Source: Octopus vulgaris (taxonomy: Eukaryota). Taken from it: a stretch of 64,000 nt of DNA. The notes under the pieces were generated by a model. That model was not told where the DNA came from. It did not search any database and saw only the letters and a program-made list of their open reading frames with translations. Position numbers and translations under genes: made by a program. The stretch's first letter is position 1; every line of letters starts with the position of its first letter. The stretch covers positions 14,818,001 through 14,882,000 of the forward strand of contig OX597838.1 in the NCBI GenBank assembly GCA_951406725.2, in the 5' to 3' direction. Shown one piece after another: positions 1 to 12,959 of the stretch.

Positions 1-1116
1 ATTCAAGGGAGATAATTTTGTGAAATCATTTTGTTTCTTCGATAATTTCCATATTAGGAATATTGTTAACTACGGATGGATTGGGATTTTTTTTTTTTTT
101 TTTTTTGCTGAGGCTGTTTAATTGTGAATAGTCTGTTTATTGCTTAGGATATTTAATTAAATAAACTGTTAATTTCAGATTGTTCTAATTAGACTGTTTA
201 TTATAGCGGCTGTTTAAGTTTAAATGAATAAACTTTATCAGAGAGGCTATTTAGTTGTAAATAAACTATTAATTAGACTATGTTTAATCATATAGAAACT
301 TAACTACAAAGATTGTTAATTGTAGATAATGTTAATTACAGAGGTTGATCAATTATGAAGGAACTATTAATTACAAAAGCTGTTTAATTATAGACTAACG
401 GTTTCACATGGCCCATTTTGGAAATTGTTGTTCTTGTTATTTAGCCCCAAGGGAGCCCCGAATTAGCAGATTTCTAATCAAAGGTATTTCAGCCCTGTAT
501 TGTTTAAAACTTTACTAAAGGGACGAAATAGTTTAAATTACATTTTCGCTCAGTTTGAAGTTAGTGTAGAGTTGTCTCTCTTTGAAGTTCCCCCTAAGCT
601 TTAGAGAGTTTCTTAGCCCCTGTTACAAGATACACCTATACCTCATCACACTACACATCAGCAATTATTCTTCTGTAGTAAATAATTATCAATAGGTTTC
701 TAAAAACTGATCAAGGGTTTTGGGTGAAGGCACACATATTAAGGAGGCTTCTTCCGGTTGATGCTATTTATTCCATCACCCCAACTTTCTTTAACCGACT
801 TTGCAACTATTTCAGTGTTACTGCAAAATTCAGTGCCTTTGAACAAACACCACTTAGAAAACCTCTCAGAAGTACTTTTCTAATCAAGCCTTGCTGATGA
901 GGTTAAATAGTCTGGATGTGGTCGGTTTAAATGCTAAAGGTTTGAATCTTGGACAGTAACCAGATTTAACTTAAAACTGCTGCTTGAGTTGTAGTTCCTG
1001 TCTCTGTTCCATCTACCAGTCTTAGAAATGCTAAAGAAAATGAACAAGTAACAGGCAGTGCCCTTTCTCTCTTTAGTTGTAGAGCCCCTGCAAAAAACGT
1101 TATAGGTATTGATCAA

Positions 1117-1346
1117 AGGCGGCGAGCTGGCAGAAACGTTAGCACGTCGGGCGAAATTCTTAGTGGTATTTCGTCTGCCGTTACGTTGTGAGTTCAAATT
1201 CCACCGAGGTCGACTTTGCCTTTCATCCTTTCGGGGTCGATTAAATAAGTACCAGTTACGCACTGGGGTCGATGTAATCGACTTAATACCTATGTCTGTC
1301 CTTGTTTGTCCCCTCTATGTTTTAGCCCCTTGTGGGTAATAAAGAA
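1117..1346 (+). mobile_element. tRNA-derived SINE, family A (full length)
   Basis: Head ggcggcgagctggcagaa...gagttcaaattcc has A/B-box-like motifs; central gcctttcatcctttcggggtcga; 15-bp TSD ataggtattgatcaa at 1102-1116 and 1347-1361. Many copies in the window. Confidence 0.9.
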
Positions 1347-1575
1347 ATAGGTATTGATCAATTCCCTCCAATTGAGGAGGTCTGCAAAAGGTTATGAGCA
1401 TCAGAGTTTCCTTTTCTAAGACGCCAAAGAAAAAAAAAAAGGTTAAATGCTTTTTTGTTTTGGTATTAAACTAGATGAAAGAGGTATTCAGTGTTGTTGG
1501 TTTTAGTGTGTCGTGTTTGGTACCCCTTACAGAACCAGTTTTAATGTGAAACGTTTGTCTCTCTCTCTCTCACAG

Positions 1576-1914
1576 GACCAGTAAGGAAATATGTACCTCA
1601 ACCCAGTTATCTCCTGTGAAAAAGCGTGTGAAGGAGAACACACCACCACGACTGGACAGCTTGCACAAAGAAGAGATCCTGCGTCTAACTGGCTGGAGCA
1701 ATGAGGCACAAGTGGTGCCATTGGGTAGCAAAGTCAGCAGCAGCGGCAGCAGCAGCAAGAGTAGCAGCCACACAGGTACAAGAGGTTCAGGTGACCACCG
1801 CCAGACTATTGTTATAGCCGACACTCCTAGTCCAGCGGTCAGCGTAATCACCATCAGCTCTGATAGTGAGGATGAAGAAGAATCCAAGAGGCATTTAAAG
1901 GATACGGTCAAAAA
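1576..1914 (+). CDS. HIPK2: HIPK internal coding exon (NLS / speckle-retention / SUMO-interacting region)
   Basis: Acceptor (ct)n-cacAG ends at 1575 and donor GTAAGG starts at 1915. Translates TSKEICTSTQLSPVKKRVKENTPP...RQTIVIADTPSPAVSVITISSDSEDEEE, matching the HIPK2 KRVKENTPP and TIVIPDTPSPAVSVITISSD motifs. Phase 2 to phase 2. Confidence 0.95.
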
Positions 1915-2498
1915 GTAAGGTTCCTGCCTTTTTTTTCTTTTTTTTTTTTTTTTTTGCTCTTAAATCATTCCTTTTGTTGTCTTTTGCTTTTCCTTTTCTT
2001 CTAGTAATGTCATCTCTTTCATCTCAGCCACTATCTGTCATCGTCTGTCATTCTGTCACCGTCTGTCGTCTGTCATCTCTGTCTGTCACTGGCTTTGTTT
2101 AGAAAGTAAATATAGTTCATACCTGTTTCTGTCAGGCAATATATAATTGTCAAGAGAATAGTATCAAAGATTGTTTAATGTTGTCGTTTGAGAACATTTT
2201 GATTCAGAGCAGGAAAGAGGAGTAAATAAAACCATTAACAAAGAGGATTCTAGTGTGTGTAATAGAGTTACGTAAATGTTTTAACAATGTAATTATTCTG
2301 TGTCATTAACCCTTTCGTTACCGTAATTCTGTTGAGATGCTCTGTGTTTCTTTCAATTACTTTAAATATAACAAAGAATTTAGTAAAATTACTGTATGCA
2401 GTGTTTAAGTATACTACAGTCCATTAGAAAAAGTAACCAATAAGGCATGAACAGTACATAGAATATGCACCGGAAGTGAACAGTGAATAAGTTTTTAA

Positions 2499-2718
2499 CC
2501 CTTTTGTTACCGAATTTATTTTGAGATGCTCTGTGTTTCTTTTAATTACCTTAAATATAACAAAGAATTTAGTAAAATAACTTAGTTATCATTAAGCTAG
2601 TGTTAGGAACATAAATTCTGACTAAGGTTTGGTGGAAGATTTTGATTCAAAACTTAGGAAAATAAGATATTTGTACTCAGGGCCAGAGCTGGTTTCGGCC
2701 AGGTTGGTAATGAAAGGG
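2499..2718. mobile_element. TTAA-flanked piggyBac-type MITE, family P1
   Basis: TTAA-CCCTTTTGTTACC ... GGTAATGAAAGGG-TTAA. A 5' partial copy lies at 2310-2392. Confidence 0.85.
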
Positions 2719-2813
2719 TTAAATGACATCTTATCCTTTTCTGTAAGCTGTTGAAATGTGTTGTCTCCCTTTCATAGAGCAACCCCTGTCTGTCTGTCTC
2801 TCTCTCTTTCTCT

Positions 2814-2844
<31 letters not shown>

Positions 2845-2911
2845 CTACTACAGCTGTTTCTGTTACAAACTCACCATTGACCAGTTTCTCTCCCCCGTTT
2901 CTCCTCTGCAG

Positions 2912-2993
2912 AGTTCGTGATGTACATACCAGTACTAAACACAGCAGCCATCAGACATCTGCTCATCAGCCACGGCAGTACCAACAGCAGCAG

Positions 2994-3025
<32 letters not shown>

Positions 3026-3147
3026 CAGTAATCACAGCAGTACTAGCAGCAGTAGCAGCAGCAGTCATGTCAACAATCCTTATGTCCAGAACAGCAATAG
3101 TGTCGACAGTGGCAACTGTAGCTCAAGATCAGGATCGTCAGCTTTCG
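2912..3147 (+). CDS. HIPK2: HIPK internal coding exon, Gln/Ser/His low-complexity
   Basis: Acceptor ttctcctctgcAG ends at 2911 and donor GTCAGT starts at 3148. Phase 2 in and phase 1 out, which joins both neighbouring exons in frame. Encodes VRDVHTSTK...Q14...SSAF. Confidence 0.85.
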
Positions 3148-3409
3148 GTCAGTATTTCCCAAAACACTGCGTAACCCAGTTTTTGTCCCCAAGCAGCAAC
3201 TGCTATTTCTTATTTGCTTACCCCTAGAAAATATAAAAAATTGGCTAATATTTCCTTCAAACTTTGCTTTTGTTACATTTATTCAAACCCCAAAGAATCC
3301 CTCTCGACACATGGCTATAATGCTCTCCCACTGCTCCTGTTCATCATCAGAGATGCACATATTGTCAGCCGCTAAGGGACATGTTCTGGTGGTTAAGATC
3401 AAGCAACTG

Positions 3410-3830
3410 ACAAGCAAATCTATGGTATTCAGCAGAATATTTGCTATAACGATATTTCTGCTTCAGTAACTCAGGGCTGAATCTGTTTAAAATGTAATGG
3501 AAAATAGGTCAGTTTCAAAACATTGATGTTCAGGTACAAAAGTTTGAAGGGAATAGTAGTCATTTCCTTTAATTTCTTGATGGAACCAAATAGGAAATAA
3601 CACTTGCTGACCAAACACAAGCAAATCTGTGGTATTGAGCAGAATGTTTGCTATAACGATATTTCTGCTTCAGCAATTTGGTGCTGAATCTGTCTGAAAT
3701 GTAATGGAAAATAGGACAATTTCAAAACATTGACATCTAGGTGACAAAAGCAAAGTTTGAAGGGAAAAGTAGTCATTTCCTTTGATTTCTAGATGGAACC
3801 AAATAGGAAATAACACTTACTGACCAAAGA
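3410..3830. repeat. Local tandem duplication, about 208 bp x 2
   Basis: caagcaaatct...tgaccaaa occurs at about 3410-3617 and 3618-3830. Confidence 0.85.
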
Positions 3831-3906
3831 CAAAAACACAAAAATTTTCTTACACAGTGTAATATATTGCCATTCTTGTTGCTTATCAACAGTGACTCTG
3901 TTAAAG

Positions 3907-4497
3907 CCTTTAGCATTCAGATTGCTCTGACAAATGTAATGCTTATTTATTCACATTGTTTTGAGCTAATCATTCCTTGTGTTGTAGCTTCAAGATTCTG
4001 ATGATCTGGTAGTTTATTTCTAGAGTGACATTGCAGGGTAGGTGTGTAAGGCTGGATCTGTCCAGTTTGAACATAAAACTGGCAGAATATTTGGGCCAGA
4101 TGTGACCAGTTTAAATGCTAAAGGTTTTTTTTATTAGTTTATTAGTTGTAGTGAAATTTTGGGATTTGGATAAATTCATATGCCATTGTGAGAAGAGTAA
4201 TCTTAAAAAATAATAGAAATTTTGTTTCCTTGTTTTTCACATACGAAGGAGCAGACCCTAAACATCAGATGTCTTGTCTTGTATTCAGATTACTTTGTCG
4301 AATGTAATACTTACATATTCACATTCTTTATAAAATTAATCCTGTATTTTCTCGTAGCTTTGAGATTTTGAAGACATGATTGTTTACTTTTAGAATGACA
4401 TTGCAGGGTAGGTGTGAGAGGCTGGATATGGCCAGCTTGAACATAAAGCAGATAGAATATTTGGGCCGGATATGGCCAGTTTAAATGCTAAAGGGTT
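3907..4497. mobile_element. Two diverged copies of piggyBac-type MITE family P2
   Basis: cctttagcattcagatt...aatgctaaagg at about 3907-4124, and a 5'-truncated copy at about 4282-4497. Confidence 0.75.
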
Positions 4498-4629
4498 TAG
4501 CTGATATGTAAAACTATAGGCCTATGCTATGAATTATAAGCCAGTGCCTTGTATTGGCATAATTATTATCATGTTATGAAACCATTTTCAACTTTCTACT
4601 TTCATTGTTTTGTTTATTTCTCTTGACAG

Positions 4630-5572
4630 GTTCTCCAAGAGTGCGAAAGAATGTGATTAGCTGTGTAACAGTACCTGACAGCCCTGATCTAGATCATATT
4701 TCTGCTGTAGCAGCATCTGCTAGCAACTCTGCCCACAGTGCTCGCAAGCCACTTACTTTTACCCCTATTAAACATGAAATTACCTCCTCCTCCTCTTCCA
4801 GCAATATTGCTAACATGAAAAGCATAGCAGCTGTCTCTTCTTCCTCATCTTCATCGTCGTCCTCTTCTTCATCTTCATCCTTGGGTGGCTGCCCAGCTGC
4901 GTCTGTCTCCGCGACTACGACTAACTCAGCCTTGATCCCCGACAGTAACTATGTCAGCAGTAATAATGGCAATGGCAGCTACATTAAAAGCCACATGGTC
5001 CCTCCGAATCAAAGACAACATGTTCCTGCATCAAGTGCTGCTATGAGAGCTACATCAGCATCTCTCTCATTCATTCCACCCAATGTCGTGATGGCCGAAT
5101 CGTCTCGGCATCACAAGTACCGCGACCATGTGACCAAAACCTCCCCTTTCGTGACACACATTCCCAAGCAGGAAGTTTCTTCGCTGTCCTCGTCATTTCT
5201 TTCTTGTGCATCGTCTGCTGACCGACTACACGTGAACAGAAGTCCAGTCAAACATGAAGTGAAACCACTCCCGCTAGAAGTTGAAGTAACCAGTGCATCA
5301 TCTATTCATAGTAAACTTGCCTATGTTTCTCCGACAGTCCGACTCAGCCAGAACCAGCCGCGAACACTTCATGGCCATTCATCTCATCGGAATTTTATCG
5401 GTCACCAGCCAGCTGGTACATTAGTAGCCACTGTGCTCAACAGTAAACAGCGTGTCCCAAATGGCCTCAACACTGCAGCAAATAATTCCTCTCAACTCTC
5501 TCCAGCTCAGCCCAATGTACATATTGGGCAGCCTATCTTTCTAAATACTGGCTCTCAAGTTGAAGTACATAG
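4630..5572 (+). CDS. HIPK2: HIPK large internal coding exon
   Basis: Acceptor ttctcttgacAG ends at 4629 and donor GTAAGT starts at 5573. Begins GSPRVRKNVISCVTVPDSP, matching the HIPK2 NVISCVTVHDSP motif. Open for 314 codons, phase 1 to phase 2. Confidence 0.93.
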
Positions 5573-6642
5573 GTAAGTGGACTGCCTTGTTTCCCTCCCG
5601 TGTCTTCACCCCCCAGACCTAATCCAGTAAGTGGACTCCTTACAGTTTACTGCCCGCACTCAGCAAAGCGTATCTCTCTTTTCCTCTTTCTAAAACATCC
5701 AAACCATGTCTTCTGTCATACAAGTTGGGTAGGGCGGGCAGGCTATCATCAAAACTTAGACTGTGCACACCATTTGGAGGAGGAACTCTCAACTATGTCA
5801 CCCTGTATTTGATCGAAACTGTTTTGCACTTTTTTCTACATCTATCTTGTTGGCTTAGAGAATATCAGTTGCCCTAAAGCAAATAAAACCCCCACAAAAG
5901 CCCACCCCACCCCCCAAAGCCGAAATGAAAGAAGAAAAAAAAAGACAGAAAGACCCAAAGAATGAGCAGCTGGAGAAACTCTTGTTATCACTCACTCACA
6001 GCTTGTAAAATCCGTCAAGTTCTGACATCAGCTGGACCGAATTCTTCTTGAAATAATGCTTCCCACACCTATTGCTTGCTTGTTTGCTTATTTTTGAATG
6101 GTTTTTTTTTTTTTTTTTTTTTTCCCTAACTTCTGCTGTAAATCTTTTAACTATCATCTTGGCCTGAAACCCAAGGAACCGTACAAGAGAAACGAAAGAA
6201 AAATGCAAAAAAAAAAAAACACAACAAAATAATAATAAACAGAAGAAAGAAGGAACGAAAACACAAAAGCCAGCCATTCTTCCAACTTGGAACTGAATGA
6301 TAGCCTCCTCCTCTACTTTTTAAAATAGAATGAAATTTTTTTTTTTTTTAACCTTCTGTCTTTATTTGCTTTTTTTTTTTTTTGTGGTGAAAAAAAAAAA
6401 AAAAATCTAAGTTTCCATGACGGCTGCTGGCTTGCTGGTTTGTTCAGCATGTGTTATTACAATAGTAGCTGCTCCATCTGGACTGAGCCGAGAGATGGGG
6501 GACATCCATTTTTACTGCATGGTTCAAATACGACTTTCTCAATTGATGTAGTCACCACAATCAGTCTTTTTGTTGTTCTCTCTCTCTCTATCTATCTCTC
6601 TCTCTCTCTCTTTCTATCTCTCTCTCTCTCTCTATACATATA

Positions 6643-6697
<55 letters not shown>

Positions 6698-7802
6698 CTT
6701 TGATTCTTAAATAAAACAGTTTTGTAACCAAGCAACTAAGTGGCCCACACGAGTCCTTGTTTCTTTTCAATGCAACATCCAACCATCCGTCATCTCATAT
6801 TTAACAACTATGATAATAATGGTGGTAATGATGATTACGATGAACGGTGATGATGACAATGATAATGATTTTAAATAACCATTCGTTATACCAGCGGTAC
6901 CGAAAATAAACACAGCAGCAGCAGCAGCAGCAACAATATTAATTAATGATGATAATGATAATTAATGATGATTATTAAATGATAATGGAAAATGTTCTGT
7001 CCCCTAATACCCTCCACCAGCAGTGACAAATGTTTGGTTTTGGTGCAGCACACCCCCTACCGATAGCAAAAAAAAAGGCGATGTGGGGTTCAAGTAGGTG
7101 TTGCTCATGAAACCTACACCCGTTAGGGATTCAGAATAAGGGTCAGTCTCAAATACTGCATTTCTTGACACACCTCAACACTCTGGTTATCCTCTGGATT
7201 TCTCTAGCCATCTCTCTCTCTCTCTCTCCCTCTCTTCCGCCTCCTCTCTCACGCACGCTTTCCCTCACACTTACATGCACACTCACTGGATTAGGTCGGC
7301 GTCTTCAGTTGTTAGTTTGATTGCAGTGAAAAAGGGTGCCAGGGATTTGGTATGCTACTTGATGTACTCTTGGGTGCATTTAGCGTTTGGAGAATTCTGA
7401 CTTTGTACAGCTGGTGAGTGGAGGACATCGGAATAGTTGGTGAATGGAAGATAAGAGTTTGATAGAGATGTTGAGTGCAGCTCGTGTGATACTCATGCAT
7501 CCAGTGAATGGAATACATTGGTACAACTGATGAGTGGAGTTTGTTGAGTGAAGCATGTTGGTGTAGCTAGCTTACGAGTGGAGTATGTTGGTGCGCAAGG
7601 TGTTTCGAGTGGAGTGTGCTGGTGCAATTGTTGATTTAACATTTTAACACCAATAGAAGTTGTTTCTAACCCAAACTCTAATCCATTGTTTTGTCTTGAA
7701 ATGAACTTTGTTAACTTGTTGTTCCAAACCAATGTTAGTAATTATTAGTGGTGGCCATCTCTGGACCTGGTCATTAATATAATTAAATAGACATTTGTGG
7801 CG

Positions 7803-7838
<36 letters not shown>

Positions 7839-8089
7839 ATATGTCTTCCAATGCATATCTCTCTGCTTACATATCTAATCTCTTTGTCTCTCTTTCTCTC
7901 TCTCTCTTATATATATGCACACATATATATTTATATATATATATGTATATATATTTTTTCCTTCCTTATCTTACCTTCCTATCTAAATCCCTTCTGTTTC
8001 ACCTCACTTTTTATCTTCATCATCATCATCATCACTGATGCTGTCATCTCCCCACAGCCAAAACACAAGACAAACGTTAATCTCATCAG

Positions 8090-8122
<33 letters not shown>

Positions 8123-8541
8123 TTTCTCCATTTTACTAAACCACATTATTGTCCTTCACTTTTCATCTCTTCATCCGCCACTTTACAATCATCACTGTTG
8201 GAAGAGTAACGTCTTTTAAGAGTCTTTGAGACTTGCATGATTTGGTCACCATTCTGCCATTGTTCTGTAACTTCCATGTGACCAGCACCAACTGCTGTAT
8301 CATTTCCATACCTAAAATATCATCGATTTGATGCTTAATAATATTTGGCTGCATGTCTTTCTCACTCCTTCATACAGATGCCCTGCTGTCGGCTATAAAG
8401 CCTAGATTTATACATTTCTGCACCAGCTGTACTAAAGCAGTAATAGTAGTTGTAGTAGTAGTAGTAGTAGTAGTAGCAGCTCTGACTGTTGCTGTTTAAT
8501 TAAACTACATCACCGTTTCAAGTTTTTATCTCTTCGTCCTG

Positions 8542-9259
8542 TAACCATTTTGCTACCATATTTCTGTTGAGATGCTCCGTGTTTCTTTCAATTAATTTTA
8601 AATATAACGAAGAATTTAGTTATCATTAAGTTAGTGTTAGGAACATAAATTGTGACTAAGGTTTGGTGGAAGATTTTAATTCAGAACTTTTGAAAACAAG
8701 ACATTTGTACTACAGAGCCAGAGGCTGGGTTGGTAACGAAAGGGTTACATATAACAAGGAATTTAGTAAAATAATTTAGTTATCATTAAGTTAGTGTTAG
8801 GAACATAAATTGTGACTAAGGTTTTTGGTGGAAGATTTTAATTCAGAACTTTAGAAAACAAGATGTGTGTACTACAGAGCCAGAGCCGGTTTCAGGTGGG
8901 TTGGTATCAAAAGGGTTAAATATAACAAGGAATTTAGTAAAATAACTTAGTTATCATTAAGTTAGTGTTAGGAACATAAATTGTGACTAAGGTTTTTGGT
9001 GGAAGATTTTAATTCAGAACTTTTGAAAACAAGATGTTTGTACTACAGAGCCAGAGGCGGTTTCAGGTGGGTTGGTATCAAAAGGGTTAAATATAACAAA
9101 GAACTTAGTAAAATAACTTAGTTATCATTAAGCTGGTGTTAAGAACATAAATTGTGACTAGGGTTTGGTGGAAGATTTTAATTCTGAACTTTTGAAAACA
9201 AGACGTTTGTACTACAGAGCCAGAGGCGGTTTCAGGTGGGTTGGTTTCAAAAGGGTTAA
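8542..9259. mobile_element. MITE P1 with its 3' ~170 bp tandemly amplified four times
   Basis: One left end near 8542, then units 8602-8748, 8749-8919, 8920-9090 and 9091-9259, each ending AAAGGG-TTAA (first junction TTAC). Confidence 0.85.
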
Positions 9260-9641
9260 TGACATCCTCGTTAGTTTACAATCCATTAACAAAACAAATA
9301 AAAAAAAAACATAGGCAAAGAAAATGAAAAGAATAAAACTTCCTCAGCCAAGAAATCATTATTTCATACAACATAAAACCACAGACAAAACTACAGCAAA
9401 AGACATTTGCTGAATCCACAGGTAAAAATTCCTTTTGTGATGTTACGAGGATCTGCTGAAGGGTTCCTGCTTTTTGGGTAAAAGAAAATACGGGAGGATC
9501 AGATGATTGATAGTAAAAAGGGTCACAAAATAACTTTGTTATTTCCCTTTGGTCATCAGTTAATTACTTTCACTCCAATTACTCTCCTTTGTAATTTACT
9601 TCATCTTAATTTACATCAATGCCAACAAAGGGCAGATTACC

Positions 9642-9838
9642 TATTTCTTTACTACCCACAAGGGGCTAGACACAGAGAGGTCGAATACATCAACCCCAGT
9701 GCGTAACTGGTACTTAATTTATCGACCCCGAAAGGATGAAAGGCAAAGTCGACCTCAGCAGAATTTGAACTCAGAACGTAGTGGCAGTCGAAATATTGGT
9801 AAGCATTTCGCCCGGAGTGCTAATGTTTCTGCCGGCTC
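9642..9838 (-). mobile_element. SINE family A, internally deleted copy
   Basis: Reverse complement matches the 1117-1346 copy. Confidence 0.85.
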
Positions 9839-10092
9839 AGATTACCATACGACCATTCTGTATGCTTGTTGTAAAAACCTTATCGCCCTCAAAAAAAAAG
9901 CCTTTGAAACAAGCACATTAGATAATGTACTTCATCTGCCATTGCACTGTGATCACTTCGGTGGCCTGACATGCTGAGGGAGGGAGCTAATGTGTGGCAT
10001 GGACATTTGATCATTATAAACAAATCATTTCTGAAGGTCATTCAGCAAAAGCTGAACACTCATGCGTCATCATTGGCAGAGAAGTTCATTAA

Positions 10093-10131
<39 letters not shown>

Positions 10132-10874
10132 TTTAATGAAGAGCTTTCCTGCCTATATGTTGCACGTGGACTGTTGGCAATTTTTTTCCCTGTTTTTCCT
10201 TCTTTCTATTTGGATTTTCCCATTTCTGATAAAGAGCTATGCTCGAAATGTTAACAACAACTCTCCCTTCAACAAGCATCAAATTAATATATTTCTTGTG
10301 CATGTTCTCCCGTTCGTTTTTCTCCTCTTTTTTTTTTAATTGTTTATTTGATTTGACTATATATATATATATACATACATATATAAATGTACATATATAT
10401 ATAATCAGTATTCAGCATCCACTTTTCCATGCTTGCATGGCTCAAATGGAATTTGTTGATGCTGATTTTAAAGATGCCCTTCCTGTCACCAACCTTCACC
10501 TCTTTGCAAGCGAGATGATGTTCCCTATTGCCAGACACAGAAGGCTGGAAACAAATGACGTCACTTGCATGACTGTGCTGCCCATGTATAACCATCACAT
10601 GATTGCTACTCAAGGACGTGCGCACACACACACACACACACACATATGATGGACTTCCTTCAGTTTTTTTCTACCAAATCTATTCACAAGGCTTTAGTTA
10701 ACCTGGGGTTATATTAGAAGACATTTTTCCAAGGTGTCACACAGTGGGACTGAACCTGAAACCATGTAGTTAAGTAGCATACACCCCTAAAAAAAAAAAG
10801 AGTGGCCATACCTGGAATTTGTCTGATCATATATCTACTCTGTCACATTTCACCTAGGGCTAAACAACACCAGT

Positions 10875-10905
<31 letters not shown>

Positions 10906-10939
10906 TATATATATATATATGTATGTATGTATATATGTA

Positions 10940-10995
<56 letters not shown>

Positions 10996-11843
10996 AGTGT
11001 ATATATATATATATATGTGTGTATATATATATATATATGTAAGTGTATATATATATATATGTGTATATATGTGTGTGTGTATATATGTATGTAAATGTGT
11101 ATGTATATATAGCTTATCAAGTGTTCCTTGACTTCTTAATTACAAGATCAACTTTTGTCCCACTTCACATCTCCCCTACCTTGATTAAATGACTCTCCTC
11201 TCCACCATAAACAGGGGGTGGTCTTGTGTCCCCATCAACTTGTGTAAGTGTGGTGCCCCATGGGTTTCACTCCACTCTACCTAAAAGACTTCCCCCTTCC
11301 GTCTTGTCAGTATGTATAGATGCAGTGGCCCCTATGGTCATCTCTATCTCTCTCTATCTTCATAGGATTATGAACTAATGAAGGAAGCTTCTATGTGGTA
11401 TCTCAATTCGCTAGCAATAGCAGCCAAATCATCCTTAGATCAAAGAAACAAAATGTCACATCCAGTAATATAGTTCAGGATATATATAGATATACAAGAT
11501 GGTCATGTCTGGAACATTTTTGATCATAGGCTTACTCAATCAGGGTTGACGTAGGGCTAAACAATGAAATTATCATTTATTGGCAAGTGTAGGCTATGAG
11601 AAAGATACAGTTGTTTGTGAATTGATTAGAGTTATTGTTTGCCACCAAGTGGCATTTGAATCAGTGTTCATCATCATCATCATCGTCCTCATCATCATTG
11701 TCGTCATCATCATCATCATCATTGTCAGGAAGAGGAAGCCAAAAAAAAAAAAATTGATATTGGAGTCTTGGCTCACAACATATATCCCATTGCAGGTATT
11801 TATTCCTTGGACAAGGTACTTAACTCAACATTTTCATATTAAG

Positions 11844-11874
<31 letters not shown>

Positions 11875-12959
11875 GGTCGATATCATGGTTACTTTTTTTA
11901 TAAAAAAAAATCTATTTTACTACTACTACTACTACTATTATTACTACTACTACTAAGGCTGGTGCCGTGATGTAATGGTAAGTGTTTTGGTGGACTGTGT
12001 CCATGACATTGTTAATGTGGCTGGAAGAGGCCTAACTACCCCCACTCCATGCCATTGTTCCCTTAAATAGATGTATACACACGCACATACACATGCCAAA
12101 GTCGTTAGAGGTTATTAATCTAATTATTTAGAAGAATCATTAGAGTATGAACACAACAAAACGAATTGCAAGAATGCTAGAGTTCAGCTATGCCTTGGTT
12201 TATGTTTTGAGTTGGAATCCTGTTCAGGTCAGTAAAATAAATACCAGTAACGTACTGGGGTCAATATAATGAGTTGTTTTTTTTTCTCCCACCAAATTTT
12301 TGGCCTTGTGTCTAAATCAGCAGCAATCATGATGATGAGTGTGATTATTATGATTAATTGCTATTGGTAAGGCCTGACCCGGGCAAAATGCTTTGTGGCA
12401 TTTGGTCCGTGTTTATGTTCTGAGTTCAAATTCCGCCAACTTTGCCTTTCTTCCTTTCGGGGTCAATAAAATAAGTACCAGTTGAGGACTGTGATCGATG
12501 TACTCGACTCATCTCCTTCCCCAAAATTGCTGTCCTTGTGGCAAAATTTGAAACCATCATTATTATTATTATTATTATTCTATGTTTGACTTTTGCTTTA
12601 CATTTGCACAAGCTGGCTCCAAGTCTCACCCAGAGACCTCAAGAGACAACAAGTTGGAAGCTCATATGTTGGTGTTAGGCCTAGGGTGCCATATATTTGG
12701 TTTTGTACTTAGTGTTGTACTAAGGCTGCAAGCTGGCAGAATCGTTAACATGCCAGGCGAAATACTTAGTGGTAATTTCATCTGCTGCTACGTTTCGAGT
12801 CCAAATTCTGCTGTGGTCAACTTTACCTTTCATCATTTCAGGGTCGATAAAGTATCAGTCAAGTACTGGGGTTGATGTTATCAAGTTTCCCATTTCCCAC
12901 AAATTCCAGGCCTTGTGCCCATAGTAGAAAGCATTGTTGCTGTTATACCGAAAGCTATT

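Noticed and set aside
934-1339. Recurrent MRNWYL..RPRKDERQSRP ORFs
   Set aside because: Chance frames in SINE family A copies, not a protein family.
7400-7640. CTGATGA at about 7527 as a hammerhead core
   Set aside because: No stem II or GAAA follows; the region is a degenerate gagtggag..ttggtg repeat.
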